Source of the DNA: Utricularia gibba
Taxonomy: Eukaryota > Plantae > Magnoliophyta
DNA: 64,000 bases
Assembly: GCA_002189035.1 (NCBI GenBank)
Contig: NEEC01000002.1
Coordinates: forward strand, 5,766,001-5,830,000
Direction: 5' to 3'
Shown piece after piece: positions 55,013-64,000 of the stretch. Under the pieces are notes generated by a model. The model had not been told where the DNA came from and did not search any database. It saw nothing but the letters and a program-made list of their open reading frames with translations. Position numbers and translations under genes: made by a program. Positions within the stretch are counted from its first letter, which is position 1. Each line of letters opens with the position of its first letter.

Positions 55013-56193
55013 ATTGAATTTCAGGATCCGATGGATCTAGCAAATGATTACATTAAGTCTAAGTATATAATAAACGTAAATAACAATAGAAAAGATTAGA
55101 TACAATCGATTATTTATGATTTATAATTTCTTATATACTTGATTATTTAATTTTCATTTTTCAATATAGTATTGCGTATTCTAATATATGCCCTCAAGTC
55201 AAATTGGTCTTCGATTCTGTTAAGACTTGTTTTTTTTTGTTTTTTTTTTGTTTTTGTTTGATTATAGGTAGTATTTATATAATATATCGATCTAATTTTT
55301 TGTCGTTTAAATCCAATGCATTGAAAGCTTTAATCATTTTTCCCAAAATTTAATCTAAATTTCAATTTTTGGATTCAATCCAAAATCCAAAATTTTTTCA
55401 AAAAAATTGACATGATATTTAAATATGAATGTTGTCACATTTTACATTATTTAAGTTTCTTTAAACATGTTTAAAATTAAAAAAATGTGTTTGATATATC
55501 AATTTAAATTATTTAAATTTATGTTAGATATCCCATGGTATATAAATTTGAAATAGTTGGTTTTAAAAATGATTTTGATTAAAATTATGTTACTATGATT
55601 AAATTACTAACCTGCTTAAAGTTTAGTACAAGAATGCTACTATGGTTAAAATTTAAAAATACATTAATTTTTAAATTTTAATTTTAATACAAACCTGTTT
55701 AAATTGTTGTAATAATATAAAATATAATTTACCGATTTATAATATTTATAAATACAATTATTTAAAAAATATAATTTCAAAAATTTATATATTTACAAAA
55801 TATGAATTTTTATGTATGATTATATATATATATATATATATAATTTATAAATTGACATGTCTTTTTTTTTTTAATTTTGAAATATTAAATTATTAATTAA
55901 ATCATGATCGAGTTGTTAATGATTCATGGGGTGTTCCTATTCGTTTTGGAGTCGTTAAACAACCCTTGTGAGAAGAGAACAATTGCTATCTAATCATTAA
56001 CTTAACATGCATTTCCATTAGAATGTTTTTATAATAAATTTTTTTAATATATCAATTTCACGCCAATCACTATAATGTTGCTCTAATATATAACGAGCGT
56101 ATAATAACGTCCCCAAAACTTACATTTTTTTTTATTTACAAAACTTAAGAACAGTTCATTATAATCCACTAAAAATATATAGTTACTGGCCAT

Positions 56194-56661
56194 TTATTTA
56201 TTCTTCTTATTTTCCAGATATGCCGACGTCATTTCAAAATAGGGTAATCTTATACTTGGATTTGAATGCGTCTCCTTCCTGTATAATGCAGCTTCATCGA
56301 GCGCCTCCTGCAAACGCCGGCATTGCTCGGAGCAGTACCCAAAGTTCCTGAAAATTGTATTGTAAATCGAATACCAAAAAGACAAAAGATTAAAATAAGC
56401 CAAGTTCACTCTTAAAACCATCAACATTGATGAATTAATATATCATATAAATAAGTTTAATTTCTCTTCAACTAGCAATGTGGGATAGCAAGTTATTCTC
56501 GTGAGTTAGTACCTATACATGAAGACAGTATCCTTCGGGGAGAGACCCTTCTTGCAGTAATCGCAGCACTCCACAAGCTTCTCACATGTTCCCTTTCCGT
56601 TCGGTTTCGTGTTTCGGACGACGGTGGAACTTGGACACGTCTCTTCGGTTGTGTAGTCCAT
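56194..56661 (-). CDS. FLZ Zn-finger protein, YCS subtype, copy Y2 (100 aa)
   Basis: Exons 56661-56513 and 56347-56194. Reads ...EKLVECCDYCKKGLSPKDTVFMYR|NFGYCSEQCRRLQEALDE..., pattern CX2C-X17-YCSX2C, with a phase-2 intron at MY-R as in FLZ genes. CTATAAATA upstream. Confidence 0.88.
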
Positions 56662-56889
56662 GTTACTGAGCTGCGGTGTTTGATACGCCTCACGAGTGTC
56701 TGTATTTATAGCTGAAGGGAAAAGGGGATTGAGATAATTTATTAATGGTTTTATGAATTTATTTTAAAAAATTCAATTTCATGAAAATTTGATTTCATTT
56801 CATTGTGAATTTATGGTTATTTGATCAGTATTTTTTAGTTAATTTGTTTATGTTCAAGATAGGGTTTTCATGTTGTAATATTAGTAGTA

Positions 56890-57160
56890 CCTCCAGCTTT
56901 AATGAAGCACATTAATCGAAACTCTAGTACAATTTTCCATGAAGTGTTGAAGATTTCAATACTTCTAAGCCCTTAATTACTTGGGTCGGGCCTTGAGGTA
57001 TCGAGTCGAGCTCATGCTTGATAGGCTTGACTCGATTACGTGCATCGAGTCCGATTGATAGATGAAGCTCGGGTTCAGACTCATGTAAATTGAACTCAGG
57101 CCGAGTCTTTATCGAGCCAAGCTTCGAGCAGCTTGATAAATGCTCGGCCCAATTACTCAA
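56890..57160. mobile_element. GAGCTCGA/TCGAG-rich non-autonomous DNA-transposon-like insertion
   Basis: Repeated TCGAGTCGAGCTC, GACTCGA and ATCGAGCCAAGCTTCGAGC motifs. Absent from the paralogous positions near 44120 and 52100. Confidence 0.55.
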
Positions 57161-58070
57161 TTATATTTTTTGAATAAAAATATTGACAAAAATTTACAAA
57201 AACAATATGATTTAAAAAAACTTAATTAAAATTTATAGTATTACATTATTCCAGATGGAATTTATAATAAAATATTAATGTAAGAATACTATACAAATTT
57301 ATAAAAATTAAGAAATTTGATTATTATATGTCCAATATGTTGAAAATTAATATATATAATTTATGAATTAAAAATTAATATTTGGTTTTATTTGAGAATA
57401 TGGTGTTAGGGAATGAATTTTGGATTATTTTAATATTGAAATGAAATAGTAATTGAGATTGGTTTGATGATTTGCAGAGCATTACACCTTGCATTAATGT
57501 CATCTTCTTCTATGATACCCAACTTGGAATGAATGTTTACAATGAACTCTCTGCATTAGACTCATGTATCTCTTCAAATATAATCATTTTGATACTTTGA
57601 GACCTAGTTTTTTGATTTTATAAATTTGATCCTCTCTTGGAATGATTGGGAGTTTTCATATTCATGATCTACACTCCCATATATGATATTGTTTGTTTTA
57701 AATATCTAATCATTATGTTTTACGTTTATTTTTTCAAGAAAAAACCTCACACAAGATTAAGATAAACCCTTTATTTAAGTGCGTCCCCACTCATATTCGT
57801 AATCAATGTGAGATATTGTCATTAGATCTCCGACCTTCAATATCTCCTTTTAAACACACAACATTTTTGCCATGTGCCCTTGTCCCACCCATTAGCATGC
57901 GTCTACATTTGGCTATAATGCTAAATGTACTCTCAAAACTACAAGTTAAGTCAATCGTCATACTACTATAGAAGTTTATAATATTACTCATATCAAATAA
58001 TAGTAAGATAATTATAATTTAAGATACACCAAGTAATTTATGTATCTACACAAGATTCTATATATCAATA

Positions 58071-58397
58071 CTATGTCAACCATCGTTCCAACTTAATATA
58101 ATACTTGCGGCATTTACTAGAACAGAATCTGTAATTCCTACAAACCAAAAATCTCCACTTACTTCCATGTTTATCTTGTTTATAAAAAAAAAAAAAAAGA
58201 ATGAAAGATGTCATTTCAGTGCACCCCACTTACTTGAATATGCGGGCGTGGGCATCACAAGAATAGGGAATTTGCTTCTTGCACAAATGGCACAAATCAA
58301 CAATTGGGTTTGCATGTGTAGATGCAGACCCAGAAGCTTCGGTGGAGGATTTGGAGTTTGATTTCTTTTCCTTGCTGCTTGTTTTGTTTTGTGACAT
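58071..58397 (-). CDS. Short FLZ-like Zn-finger protein, copy S2 (76 aa)
   Basis: Exons 58397-58234 and 58137-58071, GTAAGT...GTAG intron. Protein MSQNKTSSKEKKSNSKSSTEASGSASTHANPIVDLCHLCKKQIPYSCDAHARIFK|NYRFCSSKCRKYYIKLERWLT*, pattern CX2C-X19-FCSX2C. Confidence 0.8.
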
Positions 58398-60007
58398 TGT
58401 GGTGACTGTGTAGTATGTAATAATGTTCTATAAAGATTAGTATTATATATAGATATCAGAATATAGTGTTTTATTCTATATTTTATTCTTTTTTAATTAA
58501 TATAATAAAATATTAAAAATTTTATTTTGTGATAATAACTGAAAGTGTGAAAATTAACAGCATTCATATGATAAATTTTCTTTAACCAAAAATAAAATAA
58601 AAAATGAATAGTATTGTGCAAATAAAATGAAGGTAGGAATATTTGATGTACAATCACAAAGATTAACATAATGCAAAAAAGTTTAGAATATATGACATAC
58701 ATTGTTATTTATATTAAAAACAGTTATATATATAATAGCAATTGATATTTAAATGATAAATATAAAACATAAATTTTTATTAAAAATATTTAAATAATTA
58801 ATAATTTTCACAATATGAAATTAAAATCGAAATTGGTTAATCGATTAATATTAAGTAGATTTATTTTCATATAAATCAAGTGAGTTAGTCGATTTATTAA
58901 TATTAATTATTATAATTTATAAAAATGTGTATAATCGTAATTTCATTCTTAATTTTCATATAAATGCTATTATCTATTGATTTTTATAAAATTGAATTTA
59001 TTCTGAAATATTAATTCTCATTAAAATAGAATTTGATATATATTTCGAAGAAAAAAATAATTCTATTAGAATAAAATTGATTTTAAAGAATTCCAAACAT
59101 TCATTTAGTCGATTTTGAGCAAGTTTCTACAAAACTAATATTTAATTTGATTACCTTCAACAAAAATATATTAAAAATTAATATTGAAGACATTTAAATA
59201 ATTTAATATTATAAATGATGGTGTTAGTTTTGCTTATTTTTCGACATTGCATTCAAATTATTTCACAAAATTAAATATCCAGAAAATTTGATTCCATTTC
59301 GTTGTGAATTTCTGGATATTTGATTAATATTTTCTACATATGTATTTAAGTTATATTTTGAAGATAATAAATTACATATATATATTTTCATATATCCGTA
59401 AATGAATTCATTTATAATATAATTAAATATAGCATTTAATTTAATCCTTTCGAATTTATTATATTATCATTTAAAAAATATTTATGAATCTTATATTTTT
59501 TGAATAAAAATATTAACAAAACCTTATATATAATATAGTATTACATTTTTCGATATAAAATTTTATAACAAAATTAGAATATATTTATTAATATAACAAT
59601 TTTATAGAACATGATAAAAATTGAAAATCAAATAATCAAGTGATATAACAAAATTAGAATATACCTAAGTTATTATATATCCAATATATAATATATTGAT
59701 ATATTTTTTTTTGGTTTGTGAATATAGTTTGGACTAGTAAAGGTGGGAATGAGTGAATTTTAGATTTTCTAATGTTGGAATGAAATAGGAATTGAGATTG
59801 GTTTTTCACACCCAACTTTAGTTATTGCTTTGGATGAGATCTGTATTAATACAAATTGTATATGAAAAATTGAAAGTGAAATTATTATGCATATAATAAA
59901 TTCCAAATCAATAGTAATTCATTGATTCTAATTTTTTTAATCTGATCCATATTTATGTGTGCTTGCTCGATCTATCGAATTCTTAATTTCAATAATCATT
60001 GTATTAG

Positions 60008-60476
60008 TGTAACGACTCAATCTTGACTTGCATGATATTGCTTGTTTCGGGCTCCCAACCATTATGGTTTTACGTTATCCCCTTTTAGGAAAGAAGCCTC
60101 ATACAATATTAGGATGGTTCATCTATTTAAGCACGTCTCCTCTCTTATTCGTAGCCAATGTAAGATACTGTAATCATCATAAGTCATTTGGTCTTACATT
60201 CTTCCCCTCTTAGACACTTAATGTCCTCGTTGAATACCATCTCATCCCACCATTGGTTCAAGCTAGAATTGACTTTGATATCAAATGTAACGATTCACCC
60301 TGGTTTTGCATGATATTGTCCACTTTGGGCATTTGACCCTCATGATTTTACATTTTCCCCTTCGGAGGAAAAGACCTCATGCAAGATTAAGATGTTTCCT
60401 TTATTTAAGCATACTTTCTCTCTCGTTCATAACCAATATGAGATATCGTAACCGTCACAAGGTGCTTAACCTTACA
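60008..60476 (-). mobile_element. Complete TRIM (terminal-repeat retrotransposon in miniature)
   Basis: Two 191-bp TG..CA LTRs (60008-60198 and 60286-60476) flank an 87-bp internal domain. On the minus strand this carries a decayed tRNA-Met PBS (TTGATATCAAAGTC) and a PPT (AAGAGGGGAAGAA). Perfect 5-bp TSD ATTAG. Confidence 0.88.
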
Positions 60477-60720
60477 ATTAGACTATCGTATCCTTTTCAA
60501 TATAATCATTTTGATATTTCAATACCTAGTTTTATGATTCTATGCATTTCATGCTCTCTATGAATGATTAGGAACTTTCAAGCCCAACCTGATCAATCTC
60601 AATATTGATGGGTATTCAACATAACCCCAAAACTAAAACTTAAGGCAATCAGCATATTACATTTGTTTATGTACCAAAGATGCTATCTATTAATAGTCTG
60701 AAAATCAATCATCCAATATG

Positions 60721-60989
60721 CTATAGTTCCAGGGCCATATAATATGAACAACATTTACCAGTATAGAATCTTTTATCCCTGCAAACCAATACATTTCCAT
60801 TCAGTACCATGCTTTCTTTATCTAAACAAAGAACGCATGAAAGGTAGCATTTGTGTGCAGCCGACCTACTTGTATATGAAGGGACTTCGACAACTGATTT
60901 TTTCCTTGCATGTATGACATATATAAAGAAGAGAGTTTCTAGACCCAAATGCAACAACTTTGTGATGAGGTTCGTTTGTTCTCTGACAT
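60721..60989 (-). pseudogene. Divergent short FLZ-like pseudogene
   Basis: Exon 1 (60989-60870) is out of phase (120 nt, TAG in the ATG frame). Finger relics LYICHTCKEKISCRSPFIYK|DKRFYTGKCCSYYMALEL show FCS changed to FYT. Confidence 0.7.
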
Positions 60990-61806
60990 GGTTGCAACCG
61001 TGTAGTTTGTAATGATGTGTTGATGGAGGTGAGTTCTATATATAAATATCATATTGAGTCATCTACCTTTCTATTTGTTTTTAATTAAAACACCTGAATC
61101 TTGGAAACTAGATTTTGTTACAAAGATTTAAGTAATTAAATTATGTATATTCATATGATACATCTTTTTGACAGAAAAAGGCGTAAAACTGTAAGAAAAT
61201 GGATTTGATAAAAATGAATTATATTGTGCAATGCGTATGTCAATATTTAGTGTAATACCACAAAGATTAACAAAATACAAAAAAAACTTTAAAATATAGG
61301 ATCTACATGTTATTTTTATTTAAAATAGATATACTTATAATAAAAGTGATATTTAAATAAAAATAATTTTTAATTTGATTACTTTTTCCAAAAAAAATAT
61401 TACCATTTAACATTATTGTATATGATTTATGTTTAGAGTGCCGACACTCTATGTGATATTACACATCATTTTGTTAACACATCATGGGAGTCCTTTACAT
61501 TCCAGATTGTGATCCCACTCATGTCAAAAGGCAATGTGACATATTGTCATTATGTCCATGACATTACATTATCTCCTTTTAAGCACTCAACATTTTTGCT
61601 ATGTGCTCTTGTCCCACCCATTAGTATGCGTTCACATTTGGCTATAATTCTAAATATATTCTCAAAACTACAAGTCAATCATCATACTACTATAGAAGTT
61701 TATAATATTGCTCATATCGAATAATAGTAAGATAATTATAGTTTAAGATACAACAAGTAATTTATGTATCTACATAAGGTTCTATGTATCAAGGCTATGA
61801 AATCAA

Positions 61807-62122
61807 TCATCGTTCCAACGTAAGATAATATTTGCGGCATTTATTAGAACAGAATGTGTAATTCCTGCAAATTAAACATCTTCACTTAGTTCCATGTTTA
61901 TTTTGTTTATAGAAAAAAAATAAGAATGAAAGATATCATTTCAGTGCACTCCACTTACTTGTATATGTGGGCATGGGCGTCACAAGCATAGCGGATTTGC
62001 TTCTTGCACGCATGACACAAATCAATAATTGGCTTTGCTTGTGTAGATGCCGACCCAGAAGCTTCAGCGGAGGATTTGGAGTTTGATTTGTTTTCCTTGC
62101 TGCTTGTTTTGTTCTGCGACAT
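61807..62122 (-). CDS. Short FLZ-like Zn-finger protein, copy S3 (73 aa)
   Basis: Exons 62122-61959 and 61864-61807. Protein MSQNKTSSKENKSNSKSSAEASGSASTQAKPIIDLCHACKKQIRYACDAHAHIYK|NYTFCSNKCRKYYLTLER*, pattern CX2C-X19-FCSX2C. Confidence 0.8.
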
Positions 62123-62563
62123 CATGGTGATTGTGTAGTATGTAATAATGTTATATAGAGATTAGTATTATATATACACATCAGAATGGAGTAATTACTT
62201 CTGCCTTTTTATTCCTTTATAGAATAAAATAATGGAAATTGGATTTTGTTACAATAACTTAAATAATTAACGTGTGAAAAATTAACATACATTCATATGA
62301 CACGCCTTCTCTAATGGAAAAAGTTGTAAAACTGTGAGAAAATGATTTTAATAAAAACTAATAGTAGCGTATAAATATAATGAGTGTATGAATATATGAT
62401 GTACAACTGTAAAGATTAACATAATACAAAAAAAGTTTATAATCTATGTACATTTATTAAAACAATTATATTTATAATAATAAGTGATATTTCAATGATA
62501 AATATAAAACAAAAATTAGTATTTAAAATATTTAAATGATTAATGATATTAGAAATTAAAATC

Positions 62564-63057
62564 TGATGGGATATAAATCAGTTGGGGATGATCGGATTTT
62601 AAAAGGCTTCCAAAAGGAGCTCTGACAGGATAACACCAGTCAGCAACCGATATGTGTCAGAGATTTGACAGCGATGACCGTATGACAGGAATAGGCAGCC
62701 GATGTTTGAAAAGCAGGGTCGCATAGCAGGTCCAAAAGTAACCGACACGAGGTGAAGAATCGGCTAGACTGGCCTCCTCTATAAATAAAAGGAATCATGA
62801 CAGGAGAAGGGATTGGATCCCTAGCCTCCCAATTTGTACCAATCTGTATCTTTCTCCATCATCTCCGTTTAGTAAACATTTTCTCCAGCGAGTTCCGACA
62901 GCTCCGTGGTTTTTCAGCCTCACGGTGGTTTTCCGTTAAAAATCCCCGCCTACTTCTATGTTATCCAATCAAACTGAACAGACAGCAAAAAGGACACAAT
63001 ACCACCCGCAACCCGAAAAGTCGGCCCAATCCTGCATATCAATTTTCATCCGTAAAA
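62564..63057 (+). mobile_element. Solo LTR (gypsy-like, possibly Tat clade)
   Basis: A 494-bp GC-richer insert starting with TG, with internal CTATAAATA, flanked by a duplicated AAATC. The uninterrupted site is visible in the paralogs near 45870 and 58820. The terminal CA is degraded. Confidence 0.75.
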
Positions 63058-64000
63058 AAATCAAAATTAGTTAATCGATTGATATTATGCATAATGGCAA
63101 ACAATTCAAACTAGAATCATAGTTTAAGTTTTTGTACCATTCTCAATTTAAAACGAAAACTGAACAAAAACAAGTCAATTTGTCAATTTTGGATCCAATG
63201 GAATCAATGGTTCGAATCCACAAACTATCATTTCAAACACCCACGTGATCCGTTGTGAGTATCTAAAAAAACTTAAAGAAATGATGTTGTGAATACATGA
63301 AACATTTTTCGCAGTGTATGCATACATACATAACAATCATTATAAGTACATAAAAAAAACTTCGAAAAATATTGTGTTTATCAGATATCCACAATGGTTC
63401 ATATGAATATATTGAAAATATAAATATTTTTTGGAATATTTTCATACACGCAAAAAAGAGATTATGGATGATTGAAAATAGAATTTTTATTTTTAAATTA
63501 ATTTTTAATAATTAAAACCATGGTTTGAATTAAACCATATGGTTCAATTATGATTTTAGTTCCGGTTTGGTTCAAGTTTAATGATTTCGATTTTAAACTG
63601 AAACCATAACTAAATTAAAAAAAAATTAATTTGATTATTTTCTACAAAAAGATATTGACTTTAACATTAAAGGCATTTAAAGAATTTAATATTTTAAATG
63701 ATGACGTTCGTGCCGATTCTCTTTCGACATTGCATTCAATTTCAAAAAATCCAACATCCGAGAAATTTGATTAGCAAACCGTATGTATTATTTACTATTA
63801 CATTATTCGAAATAGAATTTTATAAAAGAAATAAGAGAATTTTTATTAATATATGAATGTTAAAAAAACATATAATTAAAAATTGAATATTCAAATGATA
63901 TGCATCTATATTATTATATATCCAATATTTAATATGTGGATCAAAAATAAATTTTGGTTTTGTTTGTTAAAATAGTGTGGACATGTAGGCAATGAGGGAA

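Larger units (their letters stand above)
43950..64000. repeat. Tandem segmental-duplication array of FLZ-containing units
   Basis: Module AATGGTTTTATGAATTTATTTT..GAAAATTTGATT.CATTTCGTTGTGAATTT recurs at ~43965, 46110, 51960, 56745, 59270 and (partial) 63730. Module AGAAGTT.ATAATATT.CTCATAT..AATAATAGTAAGAT recurs at ~45005, 46580, 52870, 57970 and 61690. Confidence 0.9.

Noticed and set aside
56924-57160. 78-aa ORF (MSNWAEHLSSC...)
   Set aside because: It lies entirely within the repetitive transposon-like insert and has no recognisable domain.
60721-60957. 78-aa ORF read as an intronless (retro)FLZ
   Set aside because: The ORF runs through sequence that aligns with the intron of the sister copies. 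The first Cys pair of the finger lies in another frame.
43950-64000. Recurrent modules as a CRISPR-like or satellite array
   Set aside because: The units are kb-scale diverged segmental duplicates containing spliced eukaryotic genes. There is no short constant repeat with unique spacers.

Overview
Plant (eudicot-type) nuclear DNA in two very different halves. 1-43 kb is gene-dense, with short introns and 14 recognisable genes: MBD, PRK-type LRR-RLK, JAZ, TBL, OXS3-like, RPS3, MKK1/2-type MAPKK, TMA22/DENR, CWF19L1-like, PGM/PMM-like, RMI1, RF2-like glycine-rich protein, NPP and an ACHT thioredoxin. 44-64 kb is an AT-rich, repeatedly duplicated block. It holds an array of very small two-exon FCS-like zinc-finger (FLZ/DUF581-type) genes that the ORF track mostly misses: five copies with intact frames in two divergent subtypes, plus at least two pseudogenes. 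These are interleaved with a DUF3531-type gene and its truncated copy, Athila-like remnants, a complete TRIM and a solo LTR. Other notable points: a JAZ with a non-canonical degron, a U12 AT-AC intron, a duplicated segment bracketing RMI1, and three -1 frameshifts all in G runs, probably assembly errors. All family assignments come from motif recognition by eye; no database search was run.
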